Source of the DNA: Paecilomyces variotii
Taxonomy: Eukaryota
Length of the DNA stretch: 64,000 bases
Strand: one strand, 5' to 3'
NCBI GenBank assembly: GCA_004022145.1
Contig: RCNU01000003.1
Shown here: positions 36,694-48,527 of the stretch, piece after piece
Numbering within the stretch: the stretch's first letter is position 1
Layout: each line of letters starts with the position of its first letter
The notes under the pieces: model-generated
The model's database searches: none
The model's input: the letters and a program-made list of their open reading frames with translations, nothing else
Told to the model about the DNA's origin: nothing
Made by a program: the position numbers and the translations under genes

Positions 36694-39071
36694 GCAGGAA
36701 GGGCAAGTTTGCAGAATTGAGAACTTTCGCGGAATCTTTCTTTTCTCTCCTGCAGTGGGATGAAGATTGGCTTTTGCTTAGGTTCAAATTCACTGAAAAG
36801 AAGAGGAGTTTATCATCCCACATGCCCTCGATTTGTCGTTGGTGTTCAGGGTGTTGATCCTTCGACTGCGGCTGAATATCATCGCCAGTCATGCCTGCGC
36901 TCAGTAGTTAGTACTTAACTAACGCCAGGACTGCAAATCGCCGAAAATGGCAAGGGGAGATCGAAATGCAAGAGTGCCTGAAGTCAAGTATCCGCGCTCA
37001 TGAAAACGTGCAGGGGAAGAAGCGTCGGGAATCATTCCAGACGAATGGATTCCAAATCTCTAAGCGATCACCGGACACTACTAATGGTCTAGTAGGCGCT
37101 AGAAGTAGACAAACTATGGTCTGGCAACTTGTTGGATGCTAAATTGTCAATAAATCGCAACCCCGTTGATCGTGTCGAGCTCGAGATGGTCGCATACATG
37201 TGGAGGTCCATAGATCGATTAGTTACTGGAAGGTCAAAGGCCTATATCCTACTACTTACTTGGCGTCTCACCTCCGCCCTCATGCCTTCTTCGTTTATCT
37301 AGTAGTTAGCACCCGCCGATTACAGAGAAGATAAACATTTTCCCACGGGTGCTGGTAATGGTATGAAGCGGGGTCCTCATTCCAAGCCGCTAAGTAAGTT
37401 CTGATGTGTGCAGGTATGGCCTCGCCTTTTCGACCAAAACTGGATAAAGATTCCTCCATATCTTTCGGTTCTCCTCGACTCAGACTCCTTCATATCTGAG
37501 TATCCGTGAGTATCCAATGCATGTGTCTGCGTCAACGAATCTGCCCTAGGGCCAGCTACAGTTCCAAGAAATGACCCAGATAAACATTGGCTCCAAGGCT
37601 CATCTTTTGCGACTTTATCATCGCCGAACTAAAAGTTCGTCTATGGGGACGACCCGAAAGTCTGCCATTAATTGCATGACCTTGGGTTCTCCCGAGAATC
37701 TTGAGAACCCCTTCGCTTCACGCCAATCTCACTCCGCACCCCGGAAAAGTCTTTAATGCTAGCGGTGACTTGGCTCTCTCGATGGTGCCTTACTTCAGTA
37801 CGAAAGGGGCAAAAGGATCGACATAAGACGGTTTTCCCAATCACGAAGTCGCAATCTCTGTTTCGCTTGCGCACTTCGGTTCAAAACTTGATATCCCTGA
37901 TCCAAGGCCTGCCTCTCCATCTGAGCTCCAGAGAACAGGAGCAGTCTTACTTTAGCGTCTAGAGAATTATGTCTCGATCGCGGTTCCGATTCCTTCCTTC
38001 GAGCACAATGTGGGTCGGTGGCTTACTTTCTGAACTTGCTACTGCGTAAGGCACTAATCTATTAAACTAGGGTTCCGGATCAGTATCCTGTATGGGCATG
38101 GCGAACCTCCTTAACAACAATGGAAACTATTTAGCAGTGGGTCAGATCGGGTTCCCCGAGGCATAGTCGTTCAGTTCTGGGGCTATCTATCCTCCGCCTT
38201 ATCCCCTGGCGCCAATAAAGATTGATGAGCCTTTTACCAGAAGAGGCATGCTTTCAATGTCGCGTGGTGCCACCAGGATACATCCTGGGCCATACCAGAA
38301 GCAATAATGCGCCGGGAGTCCATAACGCTCGGTGCTGAAGACTACCCTACTACGATCGTCTCATGTCTGCATTCTTGAGGATAGAATGCGGATGGATAAT
38401 CCGCTCTCATTGTCGGTTCTCCGTGCAGCCAAGACGCTTGCTGTGTTCGGATAAACCTGGGGATTCCGGCACCTTGGGTCGTATGAAGCCCTTCACGCGC
38501 TTATCGTAAAAATAAGGCCTCTGCAGGGGCCCAGACCCGTCGGATCGGTAGCTCGGACGGCGCACACGGGCGGTTTCTTCAGCATAAGAGATTTATACGG
38601 ATCAAGGGTCAGTAGTTCTGCGCCCTTGGTAATGTTGTTGCTACCTCTTGGCCCCCAACTCGAACGCTCACTGCACCTCTGAGACCGGGCGAAGCCTCGC
38701 TCTGGGCCCCCAGCAACGGAGCTATCTGGCGGGGAAATACTCTTAGGCACCTAAGTACTTGGTCCGCCAAACATCGAACTTAGGGTAGCTGAGGAAAGGG
38801 TCCTACTTCGCTCTGTTCCCTCATTATATTCCGCACTATTCCTGTACATATCGACGTTATTCGTACGTGAGATGTGTCTTCGAGCATTTACGAGATCGAC
38901 AACCGGGCATATGGATCAGTCATAGTTGTTTTATAACGGCGCACTAGGTTGTATCATTGGCCGTCAAGAGACGATATTTCTTCTTCCATGTCAGCTTAAG
39001 TGGGATACAAGCAACAAGGATCAATGAAACAATATTCCTCTCAAGCAGAGGCCATCTAGAGCATCATCACG

Positions 39072-40041
39072 ATGAACTCTAGAAAAGGAACAACGGCTGG
39101 GAAGAAACGGGAATCACGTATTGGCAGTCGGAAGGTCACATCGCTAACGGCGGAACAGTTGGAGAGGAAGAGAGCCAACGATCGTGAGGCACAGAGGACG
39201 ATTCGCCAACGGACGAAGGACCATATTGAGCATCTCGAACGTCGAGTAGCAGACCTCAGCGCTAAGGAAGAGCAGTTTGACAACGTACTGAGGCGTAACG
39301 CTGCCCTGGAAGCAGAGATCACTCATCTTAGGCATCAACTGGCGATGTCTGGTAGCGGGACGTTGTATTCTGCCGAGGGTAAGAGACTCATCTCATTACA
39401 ACACCTCCTGCACCTCTCCCAATCAGCGTCAATCTGTTTTCCAGATACTCGCAGGATACAGCACCATTAACAGGCCAGTGGCAGTAGATGGATCAAGAAG
39501 GTCGTCAACAACGTCTGCTGCCCCGAGCATCGTTCCTCGCCCGTATCCTAGACCTCAGGGACATCATGACGATGGCAGCATCTCCTCCATGCCACCGATT
39601 GCGAGGAGAGTATCAGTACCTCACGAATGGCAGTCCTACATCACGTCTCGTCCTTCGTCTTTCAGCGAAGCTTCCAACTCTGATTTCGCCGGCGAAGTTG
39701 GACCATACTTGCTCGACGGGCAGGCTCAAGCCCCGCGATTCGACCAGACGATCACAGCAATGAACATGGCACCAGGCCAAATAAGTTTGACTGCCCAGGA
39801 CGCATCTACACTCGGCGCGTTAGGTGTATATCCTGCAGAATACGCCTCGAGCCTCAGACATACTAAAGGCAGAGAGCACCTTGCGCAGAATCTACAGCCG
39901 GCAGCTCCGTACGAAGTGACTTCAAATCTTCAAGGGCCAGTGACAATAGACAAAAGCGTTATACCGGAGACACACCATACATCTAACCCTCAGAGGTTCT
40001 CCGAGTTCCACCCTGACTATCCATGGGACCCTCGTCGCTGA
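39072..40041 (+). CDS. bZIP transcription factor
   Basis: RKVTSLTAEQLERKRANDREAQRTIRQRTKDHIEHLE basic region followed by heptad leucines; GTAAG intron donor at 39379, second exon ending at 40041. Confidence 0.8.
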
Positions 40042-41015
40042 AACAGGTCTGCTCGGATACGTTCCTGCGTGTACCACCACAAGACTATCACGGGCCCTCG
40101 TCTCTAGCCACCCCGGACGGAACGTGCGATTTCGAATAGGACCGAACTTACGAAGCTTAGAACGCTGATAATATCGCAAGCGGTCCATACAGTCTACATC
40201 TGGCGCCTTGTCTTCGAGAGAGCCGTTGCTTCGATTGTACCGATGTCCTGATACCACTGCAACCAGCTGGCTAGCGAGATAAGATTCACCAATATCCAAG
40301 TGGACACCTTAAAATACGGAGCAGCAGGTTTTTGGTGCATCAGCAGGCTTTTCAGCCACGAGCAATGCGCAGCGAGATCGGGGACGTTTATAAACTATGC
40401 CGAAATGCGATGTTCAGGCTGCTATAACCTCGACATTATTACCTTAAGTAGATCACCAGGCTGTCTCTTCATGAGAATATACAATCGCAATAAGAAGAGG
40501 GGGCAAGCACCAGGCTCAATGAGTCCTCATGGTACATAATCTCTCAATGCGTGACTCCATCGACTCGGCATTTCTGACCTATTGCGACTTCAGAGCTTTT
40601 TAGATGCTTATCCCCCTTTCTTCGCGACCGAGAGAAAATCACCATGGATAAATCAGAAAGCAGTGGGGTTCATTTGGTTCCGCTGCTTGGGGTACGGGTA
40701 CAGCTTTCATCTACAAAAAGCATCATACAATCCTGACTGTTTTTACGGTCCGAGCACCACGTGCACGTGAATGACGAATAGAAACAGAAATGTTCAACGC
40801 TGGAGCAGAATCGAAATAAATTTATCGCCTCCTCATCTTCATTTCGTCGGATCTATTGCAATATCGAACATGGACGTCTTCAAAGTACAAAAAAGCTCGC
40901 ATCCCAGTTTACAAGAAATAGAAGGGGAAAGGAATATCACAGGACACTGCCAGTGTACTCCTTCGTTCATTCAGTTATTCGGTTTCATTTGCCGCTTTTC
41001 TTTACTTCTCTTCTT

Positions 41016-42489
41016 CTATCGCGTGTACGCCTTCTGAAGGTTCTTCGCAATAGTCTGAAGCTGGATATTGCTCGTCCCCTCATAGATAGCTCCGATCTTG
41101 CTATCCCGGAACATCTTCTCGGCGATACCCTCACGCACGAAACCCATGCCGCCCATCCACTCGACTGCGGATCCAGCCACGCGACCTGCAACCTGGGAGG
41201 CGTAGAGCTTAGCCATGGCGGCATCCTGGACGAAGTCCTGGCCAGCTTCCTTCTTGCGGGCAGCGTTGTAGACGAGGGCGCGGGCAGCGCTGATCTCAGT
41301 ATACGCCTGAGCGATCTGGTGCTGCATACCCTGGAAGTTACCGATCAATTGACCGAACTGCTTGCGGTCGTTCCAGACGTAGCTGTTTGTAGATTTGATT
41401 AGCTGGCCTTGCTTCTTGAACAGAGGCAGTGAAAAGGTGAACTTACCCAGCAGCATTCTCCCAGGCACCCAATGCCAGACCGGTCATCTGAGCAGCAATA
41501 CCGATACGACCCTCGTTCAGCAGGCCAATGGCATACTTGTAACCCTGGCCCTCCTCACCCAGGAGATTCTCCTTCGGGATCTCGACGTCGTCGAAGTTCA
41601 GCACGCAAGTGCTGCTGGCGCGGATACCCAGCTTCTTCTCCTTCTTGGCAATGCTGAAACCGGGCGTTCCCTTCTCAACGACGAACGCCGTGATACCCTT
41701 GTAGCCTTTGCTCGGGTCAAGGTTGGCGAAGACAATGAAAATACCAGACTCCATAGCGTTGGTGATCCACATCTTCGAGCCATTGATCTTGTATCCGTTG
41801 GCCGTCTTGGTCGCCTTGGTCTGCAGCGCAAATGCGTCGGAGCCGGAGACCGGTTCAGAAAGACAGAAGGAGCCGACAGTGCCCGTAGCCAGCTTGGGCA
41901 GCCAGAGACGCTGGCTGTTGGCGTCGCCATATTTGGTGAAGGCGGTGTTGACCAGGGTGTTGTGCACATCCACCATGACACTGACACTAGGATCGACACG
42001 AGCCAGCTCCTCAATGGCCACGATGGCTGCGGTGAAGTTCATGCCCGCACCTCCGAATTCCTCGGGAATCTCGACACCCATGATACCCTGTTCGAACAGT
42101 TGCTCGACAAGAGTCGGGTCCATTGTCTCTGCCTCGTCCATTTCCCGGACCTTGGGTCCAATCTGCTCCTGCGCAAACTTGGAGACCTGCTCCGCCATCA
42201 GGGCTTCCGTTTCGGAGAGAAGGGTGATCGGGGTGGGCGTCAGGTGGGAAAGGTCAGCTTCCCGCCGGCGGGGCGTCGCGACGAAGGTACGAGCACTTGA
42301 CGCAGAGAATAAAATGTCAATATCATAGGTTTTCCCTTTGCTTCATTGGAGCTACTCCAATATGATTCCTCCTCTGGGCACGTACCATTGCAGTGGTCGA
42401 ACAGACACCGTCCGTCTTGCGGACAGTAGTCTGGAGGACGCAGTAGCAGTGCGGGACAAGGGCCGCAGGGTGCGGCTGATGCTAGCCAT
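41016..42489 (-). CDS. scdA: Mitochondrial short/branched-chain acyl-CoA dehydrogenase (ScdA/ACADSB-like)
   Basis: Arg/Ser-rich presequence MASISRTLRPLSR, SFCLSEPVSGSDAF, KLGIRASSTC, LNEGRIGIAAQ, RKQFGQ, RDSKIGAIYEGTSNIQL; two introns. Confidence 0.9.
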
Positions 42490-42628
42490 GTCGTACAAAC
42501 AGGAGGGTATATATAAAGCGGCTACTGTCAGAGCAAATACCTACTACTTCTCTAGTAGCAGAGCATCAATGGGAGGGAAATAAGTGAGAGAGTTGAAAAG
42601 CGAGAGAAGAGCGTGTTGGCCGGGGAAA

Positions 42629-42672
42629 CCGAGGTTCTGCACCTGCGGAGACCCCAGACGGGCAAGCCTCGG
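42629..42672. promoter_or_regulatory. FarA/FarB-type CCTCGG elements upstream of the acyl-CoA dehydrogenase
   Basis: CCGAGG at 42629-42634 and CCTCGG at 42667-42672, 140-180 bp upstream of the ATG. Confidence 0.65.
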
Positions 42673-43641
42673 TTAACCGCGGGGGCCGAACATCGGGGGT
42701 TCCGGTTGTCGCCCAAGCAGAATTGTTGATAATTAATACCTTACAACTATTTAATTGATTAGCTGAGTGGCCTCTAGAGGTTCTCTACTGGGATATACGG
42801 ATTCCAGAATATGTATGGAATGCATGAATCAGGAAAAGAAAGAAAAAAAGAACCAGAAAATTGAATAACAGATGGCTTCTTGCTTCAAGGACAATAATAA
42901 TAGCCAAAGTCGGGCCCGGTCCGGTTGTATCCAGCACCCTGTCCAGCGCTATTAATTATAGATTATCCGATGGAAAGTGTACCTCACTTCCTATTATATG
43001 TGCCATTTTTCTTATTCTTTCCCTGTGCATCAGTTTATTGTAGACAAAGCAATGGTTGCGAATTTTCTGTAGACTGAAAGTGTGTGCGATGTTGATACTG
43101 ATTGTCCCACTATCTAGTCTAAGCAAAAACAACACAGAATTATCTCCAGTGAAGAACCTTTATACCCTATGCTCGCATCTTCCAATAGCCAGAGCAGCGG
43201 GTTGTGCCACGATTTCTGTGGAACATTCCCATCTGCCAACACATGTTCATCAATCAGGTATTACTATCACATAGCTTAATTGCGGGCGGAACCAATAAAC
43301 TAGCAACGGGACAAGGCGCTGGCTCCCGCGGTGGAGCTATCAATTCCCGTTAAACCAGCTGGCCGGTCTGCGAGCTCTGGGGCGTTTTTCTCCTGATGGC
43401 CGTCTCGTCGGATGGGCGACTTCGTACGACTAGTTTTGCTTTAGTGGCAGCGTCTGACGGTCAGGCCTGGACCGCTCGCGTGGTTCTGTCTGTACCGGCA
43501 GACTGGCCCGCCTGCCTGTTCGCCAGACGTCTTTTGGGCAACTCATCCCCGGCATCTCCATCCATCCCCGCCGCCCCTCGCACCTGGGCATCCTGAAACA
43601 TCGCTGCAGCTCACTGGGAAGAGCAGGCTCAGGAAGCAGAT

Positions 43642-45123
43642 ATGGACAGACAGGGAAGAACAGTCATAATCGAGCCCGATGTAAGTGGGCCATAGGCCAG
43701 ACGATACTGTTGCTTCTTCACCCGGCTCATCTCGTCGCCATGGCATCAGGGCAGCGAATGCGACACAGACACCGCCTACATGAGCGATGACTGTGCAAGT
43801 TTAGATACCACGTCGTTAGTCTCAGAAGTTAGAAGATATCAGTGAGTAGCCTTACGTTATCATACAAGTCTCGCATGGCAGAGGCCTGAAGATCGCTAAT
43901 GGTCGATTAGATACGAGGTACGCAACGCAACTAAGCTTTCATTCCACCATGCGAGCCTAACAAGTTCAGAACGGCCGGCGGTACCATGCATACCAGGCTG
44001 GTAAATGTCCTTGGGTACGAAAAACTTGACCCTTTCCTTGATCCACCACGCAGTACAAGCCCCGATCGAAACATGAGCTTACCCATGCAATGACAGCCAA
44101 ACGATGAAGAAGAGCAGGACCGACTAGACTTGGTAAGGCACCTTCTCGGGATGGTGCGGGTGCTGTGGCTCAGATATATATCAGTTTCATCACGTCCATG
44201 TACTCGCACTCGATGGTGCGTTATACAGAGCTGCCATTGAAGGCGATCCCCCGAATGTCTTGGACATCGGGACGGGGACAGGCATCTGGGCCATAGAGAT
44301 GGCGGAGTAAGCACGGCATGAATTTGGACATCGGTCGAAATCAGCGGACGTTACTAACTGCGACAAGGCAGCATCCCAATTCGGAAATATTAGGTACCGC
44401 CTTCTTTTTGTTTCCTTGTTGGAACACAGTATAACTCATGGTTGCAGGCATCGATCTGAGCCCCATCCAGCCTTCATGGTGAGCCTATTCTCTGCCACGT
44501 CAAATTCATGCTAATATTATCCAAGGGGCCCAGCCAATTGCAGGTTCATGGTGGAGGACGTCGAGCTGGATTGGTCATACGGAGGGCAGAAGTTCGATTT
44601 TATCCATTCGAGGGGAATGATTGCCTGTATCATGGATTATAAGCATATGTACCGGCAAGCCTTCGACCATCTGGTTCCCGGCGGTTGGATAGAGGTGCAA
44701 GAATTCGAGACGAGAATACGATCAGACGCGCCGTGTGATGGATCAAAGCGGAAACACATTGATGAATGGCTGCGATATCTGGATGAGGCCACCATCTCGG
44801 TCGGGAGGCCGCTCACCGTGGCTGGGGAGCAGAGACAGCACCTGATTGATGTTGGTTTTGAGGACGTCGAAGAGGACATCTATCCGATACCCTTTGGGAC
44901 CTGGCCAAAGGACCCAAAGTTCAAGGAACTTGGGCGGTTTCAACTAGCACAAATGCTGCAGGCTGTTGATTCGCTGTCTCCCGCCGTGTTCTCACGAATC
45001 CTCCATTGGGACGCCGAACGCGTGCGACAGTTGACATCAGGAGTGAAACGGGAACTCATGGATCGTTCTCTAAACCTCTACTGTAACATCCATTTTGTAT
45101 ATGGAAGAAAGCCAGGAATATAA
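43642..45123 (+). CDS. LaeA-like SAM-dependent methyltransferase with many short exons
   Basis: Spliced motifs YQYENGRRYHAY, PNDEEEQDRLDL, LDIGTGTGIWAIEMA, GIDLSPIQP, FDFIHSR, LVPGGWIEVQE and VYGRKP*. Confidence 0.88.
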
Positions 45124-45837
45124 AACGTTTATCACTTACATTGAGCCAGGTACCGGGACCAAGGCGTCTAGGGAAGGTCACGGCACTTCGAGGAAACAGG
45201 ACGTTTTTGCTCGTTTGTCCTGCTGTCTACCGCAAAAGGTCATAGCATCGAAATTCGGAAATCGCCGACATACAAGGGATTTAGTGCTGTTTTCTGTTGA
45301 TCGCCGCCAATCTCATACCATAGATCCGCGATTGGATATTTACCACAATCCCAACAAAATGCGCCACTGCCAGCGTGGCTAAATCGCATCAAGCTGGGTT
45401 CTCTCGAGTACCCAGCAGGCAATTGAACCAGCTCAACAGCGCTTTATCGAGTCTGTTCCAGCTGGGAGCAGCATTGCCAAAGCCCAACCGCCACAACGTT
45501 CGTCAGGGCGGGGCATCGATTGTGGCGCAGCACAGCAGTTGAAGCTCTGCCAAGCTCCTTCGTATAATATCCTGCTCTCCCCCTATTCTCCAGCTTCCCT
45601 TCTTCTTTTCTTCCAGGCATTGTGGATATCGTGTGTTATTTGTTCCTTTTTAACTGAAGAGTTTCCTGTCCATTTTCGTTTTTGCGGCTCGATCATAACT
45701 TGAAACCGAACGACGTCATCGGCACCCCGCGTACCATATTATTATCTCTCCCCGCATCTCTATCGCGATATCTCGATTCGCCTTCCCGCTCCACGATCAC
45801 ATCAAGGTCTTTAACGGCCTTCTCAACTCTATAGACG

Positions 45838-47430
45838 ATGGCTTCCACTCAAAGCGATCCTCGACTACTTTACAGTGTCCAGAATATTCGTGCTTTCCAC
45901 ATCCAAGAGGGCGAAGAATCCGAGCTTACGCCCTCCGGCCCTCAGACTCTCTCCTTGTTGATGGTGCCGACGACTGCTCCTAATCCAGGCACGTCAGAAC
46001 AACAGCCAGGTGTTCCCGAAGAGGACTTCTATTTGCATCTTCACCTCCCACCGGAGTTGGACATGCCCCTTCCCGCGACTACGCAGATCTATCACCAACC
46101 GCCAAGCAGCTACTTGATCCCTCGCTGGGATCTTGGTACCGACTCAGGAGCCTTTATCCGCATACAATTCCCAAGTGTCGGTACAGGACCGAATAAAGTG
46201 ACTCAGGAGGAAGTGGACACCTTTGAAAGCATTCTGGCACAGTGCACAGCGTTCCTCGAACGCGCACGTCCACCACAGCAGCAGGTGCCCTACAATCCGG
46301 CGGATTATGCTCCAGGGGAGGGTTATATCTCCTCCCCTAGTGAGAATACCCAGCCAGGTCACCCCCAGATCGTGCTTGTAGATGAGGAGGACGGTAGTGT
46401 TGTTGGAGAGCTGTCAGAAGGATACAATGTCGTCGAAAAGCCCGGCGTCAAGCCCGGCTCGAAGAGTAAGCTATCTACGAAGATTATGTTGGGACAGACT
46501 GTTGACAGATCATCAGGACCCGTCCAGGTTCAATTGCCTGCGGAAGGCGAAGGCAATCAGATCAGCGTCAGCGATGTCTCGGATGAATATCTCCGCATGG
46601 CACGGCATCCTGCCTACAAAGACTCGACGATCGTTCAGACGTCCGCAATGGCATCCCGCCTCATTGTGACTGGATCGACATATCTCTCTAAGGCGTTGAT
46701 GAGTGGAGCCGATGCCTTTGTACAGAAGACAAAGCCGAACCCCAAGCCTGTGACATTTGCGCCAGCCACACACGCCCGCATCCGCAAGATCAACACTTTT
46801 TCCACATCGGCAGCGGGTTTGTCCGCGAAGACCGTAGGTCAGGTTGGAAAGGTCGCACAGAACGTCGGCGCGTCAATAACTCGACGTAAAGATGCCGGCA
46901 AGCAGAAGGGGACTGACAAGGCGGCTAGTCCTGGCTACAAGCCTGGAATTCTGAACAAATCCATGATCGCCTTCTCCACAATCGCGGACGGTCTCGAGCA
47001 GAGTGCCCGTAATGTGCTAGCTTCGAGCTCTGCTGCTGCGAGCACAATGGTCCACCACAAATATGGGCCAGAGGCAGGTGCTGTCGCTTCCAACGTCACC
47101 GGCGGGTTCAAGAACGTCGGCCTTGTGTATATAGACGCCACTGGCGTTAGCCGTAAGGCGGTTATCAAGTCTGTCGCTAAGGGTATGGTAATCGGACGTA
47201 TGCGTGATGGGACCCAGGTGGTCGTTGGTGGTGGTGATGGCGGCCAGGTTCCACCGGAGGCGACACAGGAGGGCAAGGCGGGGCTTTTGAATAGCAGTCA
47301 GGGACTGTCTGGTCCGAGTCGTGATCCCAGCGCTCGTCGACCATCGCCAGTTCCCACGCCGCCGCCAGCATATGGGGCTCCAGGCACCCGCTCTCTGGGG
47401 GAAACGCCGATGTCTGGAAGCAAGCAATGA
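45838..47430 (+). CDS. Spartin / senescence-domain protein
   Basis: FYLHLHLPPELDMPLPATTQIY and a C-terminal senescence domain (STIADGLEQSARNVL, HHKYGPEAG, NVGLVYIDATGVSRKAVIK). Probable 51-nt in-frame intron at 46466-46516. Confidence 0.85.
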   Translation: MASTQSDPRLLYSVQNIRAFHIQEGEESELTPSGPQTLSLLMVPTTAPNPGTSEQQPGVPEEDFYLHLHLPPELDMPLPATTQIYHQPPSSYLIPRWDLGTDSGAFIRIQFPSVGTGPNKVTQEEVDTFESILAQCTAFLERARPPQQQVPYNPADYAPGEGYISSPSENTQPGHPQIVLVDEEDGSVVGELSEGYNVVEKPGVKPGSKSKLSTKIMLGQTVDRSSGPVQVQLPAEGEGNQISVSDVSDEYLRMARHPAYKDSTIVQTSAMASRLIVTGSTYLSKALMSGADAFVQKTKPNPKPVTFAPATHARIRKINTFSTSAAGLSAKTVGQVGKVAQNVGASITRRKDAGKQKGTDKAASPGYKPGILNKSMIAFSTIADGLEQSARNVLASSSAAASTMVHHKYGPEAGAVASNVTGGFKNVGLVYIDATGVSRKAVIKSVAKGMVIGRMRDGTQVVVGGGDGGQVPPEATQEGKAGLLNSSQGLSGPSRDPSARRPSPVPTPPPAYGAPGTRSLGETPMSGSKQ

Positions 47431-48503
47431 TGCGTCTATCTTTTGGCGATGTTCTAGATATACAGCATCTGATGACTTCGCAACCTAAAATTTGTATGTG
47501 TATGGCTGCTGGTTCAGTCGCGGATGGGCATGTTCATTGTATTCCCCCTTTGTGTTTTGATCTTTCTGTTCATAGTCAGTTGAGGACTCCTGGTCTCTAT
47601 TTTATTATCTCATTTAGCCAGCCCCTGTATGAAATGTACAAATGGAAGGTACGTGGGTGAGAACCGAATAGAAATTGCAGTTTCTCGCCAGAGAATTGTC
47701 CGTCAAATTACAACTTCTCAGGAAGAGCACTTGTGCAAGTTGCACTAAACTGACTACCTACCTTCTCTCGAGTCCGTGTCTGCGTCTACATCCGTGTCTG
47801 AGCAAAGAAGGCGGGTTTGCACTCCCTTCCTTTCTTTCTTTGTCCCTTCTTACGTCCCGGTTTTACCTTAAGGACCATACCATTCTCGATTTTTCTCAGG
47901 GATCCTACTCCAACTAAGCCTTGTCACTTAGTTACAGTACTACTGTACTACCTTAGTACGGAGTAGATTAAGACGATAAATGTCATCGGTATCCGTATCT
48001 AGTATAGTATAGTCTAGTCTAGTATGGTACGATATAATCAGTTAGTCAATAAGCATCATTAAATATATGGAATACTCTAGCTAGTATATGGACACTGTAG
48101 CAGATCATAAATTGACAGTTCCATACTTTTTTTTCTCTCCTTTTTGTCATTTTTTTTCCTTCGCTAGGCTAATGCAAAGTCAAACAACAGTGCACGCACA
48201 AAGAACATGTAGTCTAAATCACCTAGTGTAGTGATCTATAACAGAGTGGGTAATAATACAACATGGCGCCACATGCACCCACCACACAAAGGGCGATGAA
48301 AGAGTTATTCTATTTCTCCGAAATCGCAAACGGTTCTAAAACTTTTTTTTTCTCGAATCTCCACGCCTCGGTGATTTTAAGATCAGTGTAACTACCTAGT
48401 CAATGAATGATAATAACTAGCAACTAGTTAGTTAGTATACTACGCTTATGCAGTGATTACCTAGGTAGTAGTTATGGTTTAAACCAACCAACCAACTAGT
48501 TAC

Positions 48504-48527
48504 TTAGTTAGTTAGTTAGTTAGTTAG
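48504..48527. repeat. (TTAG)6 microsatellite in AT-rich intergenic DNA
   Basis: Read directly; preceded by (AACC)3. Confidence 0.9.

Noticed and set aside
41395-42300. 301-aa plus-strand ORF
   Set aside because: Antisense shadow of the codon-biased acyl-CoA dehydrogenase; no independent motifs.
48504-48527. (TTAG)n as an interstitial telomere
   Set aside because: The unit is not TTAGGG-like; it is a simple microsatellite.
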